From: Dehalococcoidia bacterium
Lineage (GTDB): Bacteria > Chloroflexota > Dehalococcoidia > Lucifugimonadales > CATOSD01
Assembly (NCBI GenBank): GCA_034422735.1
Contig: DAOUJL010000039.1
Location: 31,021 to 95,020, forward strand
Direction: 5' to 3'
Length of the DNA: 64,000 nucleotides
Below are positions 41,262 to 49,090 of the stretch, one piece after another (positions within the stretch are counted from its first letter, which is position 1; every line of letters begins with the position of its first letter). Position numbers and translations under genes: made by a program. The notes under the pieces were generated by a model that ran no database searches, was not told the origin of the DNA, and saw only the letters and a list, made by a program, of their open reading frames with translations.

Positions 41262-41725
41262 CTGTAGTGGACGAACGCCCGGTTGGCCTCGGCCATCCGG
41301 TGCAATTCCTCGCGCCGCCTCACGGCGGAGCCCTGGCCGCGCGCGGCCTCCAGCAATTCTTGGGCCAGCCGCTCCGAAATCGGCCGGCCGCTCCTGGTGC
41401 GTGCGCCGCGGATGATCCAGCGCATCGCGAGGGTGACGCGGCGGTTGGGCCTCACCTCGGTCGGCACCTGGTACGTCGCGCCTCCCACCCTTCGGCTTCT
41501 AACCTCCAGCATGGGCGTCGCGTTCTTCACGGCCAACTCGAACAGCTCCAGACCCGGCCTGTGCGCCTCGCGCTCGATGTTGTCCAGCGCGTCGTAGACT
41601 ATACGCTGGGCCGTGGTCTTCTTTCCGTTCAGCATCACCTTATTGATGAAGCGACTCAGCTCCACGCTCCCGAACTTCGGATCGGGAATCACGACGCGCC
41701 GTTCCGCCCTTCTTCTTCGCGCCAC
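41255..41725 (-). CDS. rpsG: 30S ribosomal protein S7
   Basis: [20 protein letters not shown].. Confidence 0.95.
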
Positions 41726-41728
41726 GGG

Positions 41729-42139
<411 letters not shown>

Positions 42140-42227
42140 AACGCATCCTCGGCGGGTTCACGGCCCCGGCCCGGCCATACTCGTATGCACACGAAAAGAT
42201 GGCCGCAACAAGTTGCGACAAACGCGC

Positions 42228-42256
42228 ATTATAATCCGGGGCTTGGTCAGTGTCAA
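42228..42256 (-). promoter_or_regulatory. Perfect-consensus sigma70 promoter (TTGACA-17-TATAAT) of the str/S10/spc/alpha cluster
   Basis: Minus strand reads aaatTTGACActgaccaagccccggatTATAATgcg. -35 at 42256..42251 and -10 at 42233..42228, about 88 nt upstream of the rpsL ATG. Confidence 0.7.
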
Positions 42257-42330
42257 ATTTCCGCGCGCGCCCACAGCGCGGTGCAAGACAGGGTACAACG
42301 CTTGATTTCCCGCATTGTGGGGCCGCCGCG

Positions 42331-42359
42331 TTGACAACAGGGTATACTAAGTATATATA
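42331..42359 (+). promoter_or_regulatory. Sigma70-like promoter (TTGACA-17-TATATA) driving the low-G+C cassette
   Basis: TTGACA at 42331..42336, a 17-nt spacer, and TATATA at 42354..42359. Lies 47 nt upstream of the ATG at 42406 and is back-to-back with the rpsL promoter. Confidence 0.55.
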
Positions 42360-42405
42360 CTCCACCTGAATCTCGCAGACAGAAAGTGGTGGGAAGCAAG
42401 AGTAA

Positions 42406-43059
42406 ATGATACTTAACCTAGCTGCATCAAACTTCCGAAGTCTCTCACTACGCATTGATTTTGACCCGCAATTTACCGATAGGGTCAAAGGGATATTGGA
42501 TGCGCATCAGGTGCCTTACAATGATGCTCTCCTACGGTACATCCTAGTTGGGGCGGGTTATCGAGAAGCTGGACAGAGTTACTCAGTTTCGTTGACTGCT
42601 GACTTCACCGGCGCATTGCAATGGCCCATTGTACGGGTGTGGTACAACCTTGATGTTCGCGATGGTGGATTGGAGCCTGACCGCCACAACAACTTAGCCA
42701 GAATTCAGCAAGTGTTAGATGCGGTAGGCTTTGGAGCATTCGTCACCTGTTCTTTTCAGCTCGAAACGCTATCCCTTGACGACTTTGAGCCAGTCTTGGA
42801 GCTTCCGCTCATTGTCTTCAATGGGAAGAATTCGTACTTTCAAGAAATCAGTGGAGTCCAGCTCGCCCGATTGGAGAATGAGCAAACTGTTGAGAGCATA
42901 AGCCTGGATAAGTGGTCTGGCGAGTCGATATCCTCTAATGGGTGGGTATCGTTTCAGACCCCTCGCGTCAGTTCTGAGTTAGTCTTCACTGCGTTTGGGC
43001 GAGTGGTAAACCTGCAAAACCAAGCCATTGTTAGAGTCAGTCATGGAGGCAGTCAATGA
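42406..43059 (+). CDS. Hypothetical protein P1 of the low-G+C cassette (217 aa)
   Basis: Long ORF in an AT-richer segment. Its stop overlaps the next start (ATGA at 43056..43059). I recognise no motif or family. Confidence 0.65.
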   Translation: MILNLAASNFRSLSLRIDFDPQFTDRVKGILDAHQVPYNDALLRYILVGAGYREAGQSYSVSLTADFTGALQWPIVRVWYNLDVRDGGLEPDRHNNLARIQQVLDAVGFGAFVTCSFQLETLSLDDFEPVLELPLIVFNGKNSYFQEISGVQLARLENEQTVESISLDKWSGESISSNGWVSFQTPRVSSELVFTAFGRVVNLQNQAIVRVSHGGSQ

Positions 43060-43682
43060 CGACACCAACGCCTGAGGAAGCCCACGTTCGCAGGCAGGAA
43101 GAACTGCATTTCACAAGCACTCACCTTGATTGGATGTCCTTCCCTGGTGAGCAAATAGGATTGTATGAGGGCGATGAATACATGACTGCTTCATCGCATC
43201 CCCGCGTCATGTTTGTAAGCATGTCCCCTTGGGACGACCCTGACTGGCGTTCAAAACTCGGTCAGCCGAACGAGCCGTCCCGCAGCAGAGGGCGAACCGA
43301 AACTCAGCTGGCCGACCTTGCAAGCAAGCTGGCCGAGGTTGAGAGTAAAGTCGAGGAAGTTCAGAGACTTCTCACCGAAGTGCTTGAAACGCCCAAGAGG
43401 GGACTGGGGGCTATTCACACATTGAACGAGGGCAGAGTGCGTCTAGTTCAGCCTGTCATGTATTCCACCCAAGAATTCGAGGACGAAGTTCTGGTCGGTG
43501 TTGAAGAAGTAGGCGTTTACGGTGTGGGCGTGACCGAACATGAGGCAGTTCTAGAACTGCAAGAGGAACTCTGGGCGCTTCATCAAGAACTCAGTCAGAC
43601 ACCGGACAGCGACTTGGGGCCAGAATTGCAGTCCGAGAAGCGGATTTTGCAAGGGTGGATCAGCAATGCCCTGGATGCCTAA
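43056..43682 (+). CDS. Hypothetical protein P2 (208 aa): unknown N-terminal domain, coiled coil, HicB/UPF0150-like C-terminal domain
   Basis: The central heptad-like stretch is QLADLASKLAEVESKVEEVQRLLTEVLE. The C-terminal LVGVEEVGVYGVGVTEHEAVLELQEELWALHQEL follows the xGxxGxGxTxxEAxxxxxEA pattern of HicB-type antitoxin N-domains. Confidence 0.65.
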   Translation: MTTPTPEEAHVRRQEELHFTSTHLDWMSFPGEQIGLYEGDEYMTASSHPRVMFVSMSPWDDPDWRSKLGQPNEPSRSRGRTETQLADLASKLAEVESKVEEVQRLLTEVLETPKRGLGAIHTLNEGRVRLVQPVMYSTQEFEDEVLVGVEEVGVYGVGVTEHEAVLELQEELWALHQELSQTPDSDLGPELQSEKRILQGWISNALDA

Positions 43683-43980
43683 CGGGCCGGAAGTGCAAAG
43701 GGCATTCGATAAACTGGAGCGTGTCAACGCTCGAGATTCGCAGCAAGGACTGGTGATACGTTCATCCTCTGAAAAATTTGGATACTATCTCATTGATGGT
43801 GAGAGAGCATTCAAGGTTTCATCTAAAGCTAGGCAGAGAGGCGGCATCGGTAGTGGTCGGTTGAAATCCCTCTTGACCTACCTGAGGTTGAGCCGAGAAG
43901 AGTTCAAACAACTTTGCGAGTGCCCTATGTCCGGTCCTGATTACCACAACCTGATTAAGAGCCGGACTCAACACAACTAG
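43666..43980 (+). CDS. Hypothetical small basic protein P3 (104 aa), possible toxin partner
   Basis: Overlaps the P2 3' end by 17 nt. Lys/Arg-rich (KVSSKARQRGGIGSGRLKSLLTYLRLSREEFKQL). No family assigned. Confidence 0.6.
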   Translation: MPWMPNGPEVQRAFDKLERVNARDSQQGLVIRSSSEKFGYYLIDGERAFKVSSKARQRGGIGSGRLKSLLTYLRLSREEFKQLCECPMSGPDYHNLIKSRTQHN

Positions 43981-44184
43981 GCGAAGAGAGGCCCGTGGCC
44001 GAAAGTCAGCACACCTTGATGCGTAATGTGTTCCCGCTGCATCACATTCTCTTCGCCCGAAAATGCCCCCATTGACCGAACACCAGCGGTTTTGCGCCCC
44101 TGTCGTGCGGCCAAATCTTCAACAGTTCAGCCGGCGGCGGCGTCATGCGCTGACAACCCCCTCGGTGCGAGTTATGGTTCTATT

Positions 44185-44246
44185 ACCCCCTATCGATTCG
44201 ACGGTAGGGTCGAGACCGCCCACCGAGGCGGTTTCTGTCTTTATGC
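44185..44246 (+). ncRNA. Candidate small RNA, copy 1 (double hairpin plus U-tract)
   Basis: CTGACA (44150..44155)-17-TATGGT (44173..44178), then CCCUAUCG-auucga-CGGUAGGG and GAGACCGCC-caccga-GGCGGUUUC, followed by UGUCUUUAU. A paralogue lies at 45826..45888. Confidence 0.35.
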
Positions 44247-44404
44247 GGCAGGTCTGTAACCTGCCTCCGGGGCGCGAATCGTACACCTGTGCCCTACAAA
44301 GGCGCACGAACGCCTAGCCGAACAATCCCCCACCGTTGGTATGCTGCAGCACACAACTGCGCCATACCCTGTAAATCCCGCGCGCAATTTTGTGAGGTCC
44401 GCCC

Positions 44405-45151
44405 ATGAAGCGCCTATTCGTCGCACTGCTGCTGCTTTGCCTGGCCGCCGCCTGGAGCTGCGCGGGCGAACCCGAACCGGAACCGGCCGCCGCCACACCC
44501 CAGCAGGTGGCGCAGACCACGCCAAGCAGCACGCCCACCACGCAGCCCGAACAGCCCACGCAGGGCAGCGCGTCCTCGGGCCAGAGCGGACAATCCTCCT
44601 CTGCCTCTTCCGAAGACGACGATGACGATTCGGAGGACGACGACAACGGCGACTCCGGCGAACATTCTTCAAAGAAGGACTCGGACGATGACGCGACGGT
44701 CAGCCACGCCAACCCCGGCCTGGCGGGAACCGCCTTCGACAGCAGCCGCAACGACGCGCTGTTCGACACCGAGCCGCTGAACGCCGTGACCTGGAGCGTG
44801 GAGCCCACCATATCGGCCGGCGCGCTGGACGCCGCGGGCACGCTCAGCGGCGGCGCTATGCTCTTCAACCCGATGGTGGACGGCGAGGGTGCGGGCTTCA
44901 TCGTCTATTTCGGCGACTTCACGGAGCCTATGGCGCTGCTGCTGCCCGACCTGGGGCCTATGTACGTCTGGGACAGCGAACACACCATCGCGCCGATGGA
45001 GCACGAGTTCGAAGGGTCGTCGTTCACCATCCGAGCCTACTCCCCCCTGTTCATGGACGTAGGCCCCGGCGACCTGGTCATTCGCGTGTTCGGCGTGGAC
45101 GGCGACGGCAACGACGCGCTGCTCGCCGTAGCGCCGGTAGGCTCCCAGTAG
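44405..45151 (+). CDS. Secreted or lipoprotein-like protein with an acidic low-complexity linker
   Basis: Signal peptide MKRLFVALLLLCLAAAWSCAG, then a Pro/Thr/Gln-rich and poly-Asp/Ser tract (SSEDDDDDSEDDDNGDSGE), then a roughly 150-aa globular domain with no family recognised. Confidence 0.7.
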   Translation: MKRLFVALLLLCLAAAWSCAGEPEPEPAAATPQQVAQTTPSSTPTTQPEQPTQGSASSGQSGQSSSASSEDDDDDSEDDDNGDSGEHSSKKDSDDDATVSHANPGLAGTAFDSSRNDALFDTEPLNAVTWSVEPTISAGALDAAGTLSGGAMLFNPMVDGEGAGFIVYFGDFTEPMALLLPDLGPMYVWDSEHTIAPMEHEFEGSSFTIRAYSPLFMDVGPGDLVIRVFGVDGDGNDALLAVAPVGSQ

Positions 45152-45193
45152 CACCGTCCTGACCTGAATCGAGCTGTCAGCAGGAGCACAAGG

Positions 45194-45683
45194 ATGACCA
45201 CCTCAAAGGGCGCGTTCGACTTCGGAAGCAATTGGCATAGCTTCCTATCAACAATCACAGACGAACGTATCGCCACAGCCGAACAACACCTGCAAATCGT
45301 GTTGCAGACCGGAGGGACAACTGTTTCTGGGCCTATACAACGACCAGGGAATGCGCTCTCGAATGTGGAGGGCTGTGAAACAGACATATTGCGCCGGAAC
45401 CGCCGGCAGGCTACTCATTGAAGGCGTGTTTTTGCCCTACTACTTTACGCGCTTTTGCGTCGCGAGCGTACTGCGCCGCAAGAACTTTTTCGCGGAGTAC
45501 AAGAAGAACCGGGGTATGAGCCCGTTCCACGACTGGAGAGACTGGCTGGGAGGATACCCGTTCGAAGTGGCGTCCTATGATGCCGTCACGAATGCTGTTT
45601 GCGATACGGGCTTTGAACTGGCGTGGTCCATGCCAACGAAGGGAGGAGGAAACAATCAGTGGACGTTCGTTAAGGACGGCTAA
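45194..45683 (+). pseudogene. Degraded class I SAM-dependent methyltransferase (core deleted, frameshifted)
   Basis: ORF 45194..45421 keeps the N-terminal FDFGSNWHSFLSTITDERIATAEQHL. ORF 45351..45683, in another frame, keeps the C-terminal KKNRGMSPFHDWRDWLGGYPFEVASYD..GFEL. The Rossmann SAM-binding segment expected between them is absent. Confidence 0.6.
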
Positions 45684-45825
45684 CGACCTACGGAGCGTTC
45701 TCCCCGTTCCTGGCATTGTAGTAAGGCACTGCTTTCGCCTGCCTGACTCAAATGGTGCAGAATTGTACAACTACATCAACACGTCAGACGTTGACAGCCG
45801 GCTCTTCACATGATACATTCATGTA

Positions 45826-45888
45826 ACCACCCCTATCGCTTCGCCGGTAGGGCCGAGACCGCCCACCAAGGCGGTCTCTGTCTTTATG
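45826..45888 (+). ncRNA. Candidate small RNA, copy 2 (double hairpin plus U-tract)
   Basis: TTGACA (45791..45796)-17-TACATT (45814..45819), then CCCUAUCG-cuucgc-CGGUAGGG and GAGACCGCC-caccaa-GGCGGUCUC, followed by UGUCUUUAU. Differences from copy 1 fall in loops or keep pairing (C to U gives a G-U pair). Confidence 0.35.
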
Positions 45889-45966
45889 TGCGAGCAGCGA
45901 TTGATTACCAACCTGCAAGTACAAGCCGCAAGACTTTAGCTTTGAGAAGGTGACAACCGCACCCCC

Positions 45967-47280
45967 TTACCCCCGCGCCCCCACCCGCGCCGGCGCCGCC
46001 GGCCGCCGCACGAACAACATCAGCACCGCGCCCAGGAAGCTCAGCGCCGCGAACACCGTGAACGGCACTATGTAGGTGCCCGTGGTGTCGAACATGTACC
46101 CCGCGAACAGCGGCGCGAAGATCATCCCCACGTTCATCGGAAGCTGCGACACCCCCATGATCGTCGCGAACGCCCGCCGCCCGAAATACTCGCCCCGTAT
46201 CGCCGTGGTCAGCGGCATCCGTCCCCCGAAACCGATGCCGTAGAAGAACGCGAACACCCAGGGCAGGTACGTCGTCTCGGTCTCGTTCAGCGCCAGCAGC
46301 AGAATCGCGCAGGACTGCAAGAACAGCAGGAACGCGATCAGCGGCGGCTTGGGCAGACGGTCGGCGACCAGCCCCGCCAGGATCATCGACGGCAAGGCAG
46401 TCAAGGTGTACGCCAGGGTGACAAATCCCGCGTGAGTGAGCGACATTCCCATGTCCGTCAGCTTCGGCGAAAGGTGCAGAGACAGCGAAACTATGGCCAC
46501 GCTCGAGGTGACCTGCGCGATCGTGAGCAGCCAGAACGCCGATGTCCGCAGCGCCTGCCGCACCGTAAACTGCGGCTCCGCCGCTGCCGCGGCGTGCGCC
46601 TCCCGGTCGGAGCCGTCCGCCTCGCCCTCCGGAGGGTCGCCGTCCGGCCTCATGCCGTACTCCTCCGGGTGATTGCGGATGGCCTTGGTCACCGGCCCGA
46701 TGATGACGAACATCAGCACCCCGATGCCCAGCGACACCCATCGAAATCCGAAAGACTCTATGCAGAAGGCGAACAGCGGCACCAGGAATCCACCGAACTG
46801 CGCGCCCGACATCGCCGACGCCATGGCTATGGACCGCTTGCGGTTGAACCAGTTGTTGACCATGGCGATCATCGCGAGCCAGCCGCCCAGTCCCGCCCCC
46901 AGCGAAATCACGATGAACGCCGCGTAGAACTGCCACAGCTCGTTGACCCGGGACTGCAGGACGAAGCCGACCGCCATGATGAGGTAGCCGATCAGCGTCA
47001 TGCGCCGGCTGCCCAGCCGGTCTATCAGGAAGCCCTCGATCGGACCCAGCACCGCGCCCTCGGCCCTGGAGAGCGCGAACGCGCCGGACAGCGCCGTGCG
47101 GCTCCATCCGAACTTGCGCTCCAGCGCCACCATCATCGTGCCCAACCCCTGGAACACCGTGAGCGACATGAGCGTGAGCATGAACGCCGCGATCCCGACC
47201 AGCCACCAGCCGTAGAACACGCCGCGCACCGACGTGACCAGACCTCGCCGGGGTGCGGAAACCGAATCTCCTTCACGCAT
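45967..47280 (-). CDS. MFS transporter (oxalate/formate-antiporter-like)
   Basis: 437 aa with 12 predicted TM segments. Contains GFLIDRLGSRRM (the MFS loop 2-3 motif). Confidence 0.85.
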   Translation of the reverse strand: MREGDSVSAPRRGLVTSVRGVFYGWWLVGIAAFMLTLMSLTVFQGLGTMMVALERKFGWSRTALSGAFALSRAEGAVLGPIEGFLIDRLGSRRMTLIGYLIMAVGFVLQSRVNELWQFYAAFIVISLGAGLGGWLAMIAMVNNWFNRKRSIAMASAMSGAQFGGFLVPLFAFCIESFGFRWVSLGIGVLMFVIIGPVTKAIRNHPEEYGMRPDGDPPEGEADGSDREAHAAAAAEPQFTVRQALRTSAFWLLTIAQVTSSVAIVSLSLHLSPKLTDMGMSLTHAGFVTLAYTLTALPSMILAGLVADRLPKPPLIAFLLFLQSCAILLLALNETETTYLPWVFAFFYGIGFGGRMPLTTAIRGEYFGRRAFATIMGVSQLPMNVGMIFAPLFAGYMFDTTGTYIVPFTVFAALSFLGAVLMLFVRRPAAPARVGARG

Positions 47281-47470
47281 GGCGCCAAGTGTACCAGTTT
47301 GGCCGCCCCTCTAGGCGCATCTTCTCGCATTGACGCCAATTCCCTGCCTGCTCTATCCTCTGCGAGTGCAGGCTGCACCAATACATAGGGTACGAATCGC
47401 GGCGGGGCGTGCTCGGGATGAGAACCATCGAGTACGTCATCGAAAAGAGATATCCAGCGGAGGCGCAACC

Positions 47471-47749
47471 GTGACCATAGAGAGAAAACACTACCGGTTG
47501 CTTTGCGTGCTATATCCCCCTTCCGAATCTACCGAACCGGACAAGTACATGGCGGAGACGCCTGCTTTCCCCAACTGCGTCGCGTGGGGGGACACCCCAG
47601 ATGAGACCATCGAGATTCTCGAGAGCGTGGTGGCGGCCACCATACAGACCTACGAAGAGCGGGGCTACGCACTGCCACCCGGAGTATCGCCAATGGAAAC
47701 CGAGGCCGCCCGCTCAGCCCAACCGAGGGTTCTGGAGATCTCAGTTTGA
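47471..47749 (+). CDS. HicB-like antitoxin (N-terminal domain only)
   Basis: GTG 47471 has GGAGG 7 nt upstream. YRLLCVLYPPSESTEPDKYMAETPAFPNCVAWGDTPDETIEILESVVAATIQTYEERG is the UPF0150/HicB pattern. Confidence 0.6.
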   Translation: MTIERKHYRLLCVLYPPSESTEPDKYMAETPAFPNCVAWGDTPDETIEILESVVAATIQTYEERGYALPPGVSPMETEAARSAQPRVLEISV

Positions 47750-47946
47750 CCCACCGAGAACTTACACGCAAGCTCAGAAGACTGAAAATTCCGCACCAAA
47801 ACCGCGCAACCGAGTCTTACTCGCACCCTAGCATGTCCCCAGAGTTTCCTCACAGACGCGCAACAGCGTACCTGTCTTGTGTCAGCTCTAACGACTGTCA
47901 AGAAGTCGAACGCGGTAGAATTACCCAACTTTGCCAACGGGCTTGA
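47746..47946 (+). CDS. Divergent HicA-like toxin (possibly decaying)
   Basis: TTG start overlaps the hicB-like stop by 4 nt. THRELTRKLRRL..SYSHP..RGRITQLCQRA loosely follows the HicA layout, but the GSH motif reads YSH and the core is poorly conserved. Confidence 0.35.
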   Translation: MTHRELTRKLRRLKIPHQNRATESYSHPSMSPEFPHRRATAYLSCVSSNDCQEVERGRITQLCQRA

Positions 47947-48268
47947 TTCTACCGCACATACGTGCTACTATCCACACCATGACGTACTCGCACCGGCATA
48001 CGGCGACCAGAAACGCGGCCTCAGGACGATCACGCCGCCTGTCCCATTTCCAGGTATTTTGGAGCATTTTCGGCCACTTTGTAGCGCCAGGTGACACTGA
48101 TAGGACAGAGATTTCACACCGCTCCCAGCTACGAATGAGACATTATGGCGCAGTTTGACGCACATTTCGGCTATAACCCCTACCACAAGCGGCCCTTCTA
48201 CCCGCCGATGAGCTCAGTCCAGCCGCGATGCCGACCGGGCCGGAGCCGGTCCAGGCGCTCCGCGGATA

Positions 48269-48297
48269 TGGACAAGGTTTCGAGTCTTGGCTATAAT
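48269..48297 (+). promoter_or_regulatory. Sigma70-like promoter (TGGACA-17-TATAAT) for the tRNA-Leu/tRNA-Cys pair
   Basis: TGGACA at 48269..48274 and TATAAT at 48292..48297, about 65 nt upstream of tRNA-Leu. Confidence 0.5.
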
Positions 48298-48361
48298 GGG
48301 CGGACGTGGTTTGGCGTGCCCCGAGCGGTAGCGCTGCCGACGCCGAATCAGGCCCAGACAG

Positions 48362-48448
48362 GCCGAGGTGGTGGAATTGGTAGACACGCAGCGTTGAGGG
48401 CGCTGTGGCCGCAAGGCTGTAGGAGTTCGAATCTCCTCCTCGGCACCA
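48362..48448 (+). tRNA. tRNA-Leu (anticodon GAG), CCA encoded
   Basis: Hand-folded. Acceptor GCCGAGG/CCTCGGC. Anticodon stem CAGCG/CGCTG with loop TTGAGGG. Long variable arm. T-arm GGAGTTCGAATCTCC. Very similar in layout to E. coli tRNA-Leu. Confidence 0.9.
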
Positions 48449-48464
48449 CCGGAGCCACAGTCGA

Positions 48465-48540
48465 GGCGACGTAGCCAAGTGGTTAAGGCGGGGGTCTGCA
48501 AAACCCCTATTCGGCGGTTCGAATCCGCCCGTCGCCTCCA
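48465..48540 (+). tRNA. tRNA-Cys (anticodon GCA), CCA encoded
   Basis: Hand-folded to 76 nt. Acceptor GGCGACG/CGTCGCC. Anticodon stem GGGGT/ACCCC with loop CTGCAAA. T-arm GGCGGTTCGAATCCGCC. Confidence 0.9.
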
Positions 48541-48597
48541 CCACACACCACCATTTCCGATAAGTCCCTTCCCCCATCAAAGCAGGGCCTTTTCAAA

Positions 48598-48638
48598 GTC
48601 CCTTCCCCCTTGACGGGGGAAGGTTAGGATGGGGGTGA
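48598..48638 (+). repeat. Hairpin repeat downstream of tRNA-Cys
   Basis: GTCCCTTCCCCCTTGACGGGGGAAGGTTAGGATGGGGGTGA. A truncated 5' arm, GTCCCTTCCCCC, sits at 48563..48574. Confidence 0.85.
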
Positions 48639-48676
48639 CGAACCGGCTGTCGGACAAGCTCTTCAAGGAGGCCCCC

Positions 48677-49087
48677 GTGTCAACCGTAAGCATCGACCAC
48701 ATCGCCATGCCGACCGAGAACGCCGAGCGGCTCATCGAGTTCTACAAGCGCCTGGGCTTCCACATCAACGACGAGGAAGCGTGGCGCTCAGGCCAGGCCC
48801 CCGCCTTCTCCATCCAGGTCGGCAACGACTCCAAGATCAACGTCCACCCAGAGGGCCATGTCGCCGGACTGCGCGGTCCGACCGCCGTGCCCGGCTGCGC
48901 CGACATCTGCTTCGTCTGGGACGGCACCGTCGAGGAGTGCCAGGCCATGCTGGACAACGCGGGCGTGGAGGTTATCGCCGGACCGGGCCCGCGCAAGGGC
49001 GCGCGCGGCGGAGGCGGACAGCCCTCGCTCAGCCTGTACGCCCGCGACCCGGATCAGAACCTGCTCGAGTGGATGATCTATTCCTAA
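48677..49087 (+). CDS. VOC/glyoxalase-bleomycin-resistance family protein
   Basis: VSTVSIDHIAMPTENAERLIEFYKRLGF... Start moved to GTG 48677 (AAGGAGG 6 nt upstream) because the track start at 48629 lies inside a repeat element. Confidence 0.75.
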   Translation: MSTVSIDHIAMPTENAERLIEFYKRLGFHINDEEAWRSGQAPAFSIQVGNDSKINVHPEGHVAGLRGPTAVPGCADICFVWDGTVEECQAMLDNAGVEVIAGPGPRKGARGGGGQPSLSLYARDPDQNLLEWMIYS

Positions 49088-49090
49088 ACC

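Noticed and set aside
44314-44901. Antisense ORFs (195 aa, 143 aa and 83 aa) across the lipoprotein gene's acidic linker.
   Set aside because: They are mirror images of the low-complexity GAC/GAA/TCC-rich tract. The sense ORF has a signal peptide and a proper SD, and the antisense ORFs have neither.
42257-48361. Classical tRNA-targeted integrative island.
   Set aside because: The accessory DNA lies on the 5' side of the tRNA genes. No integrase or recombinase gene and no repeat of a tRNA 3' end were found, so the integrative-element call is unsupported. It is kept only as a mosaic-region observation.
48143-48580. ORFs of 109-145 aa covering 48143..48580 on both strands.
   Set aside because: They run straight through the hand-folded tRNA-Leu and tRNA-Cys genes and their promoter.
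48629-48676. ATG at 48629 as the start of the VOC-family gene, and small ORFs such as 25495..25767, 26073..26504 and 51029..51637 that read through repeat units.
   Set aside because: These starts and ORFs are created by the repeat sequence itself (atgggggtga..). A GTG with a strong AAGGAGG SD lies downstream, at the point where the conserved VOC domain begins.
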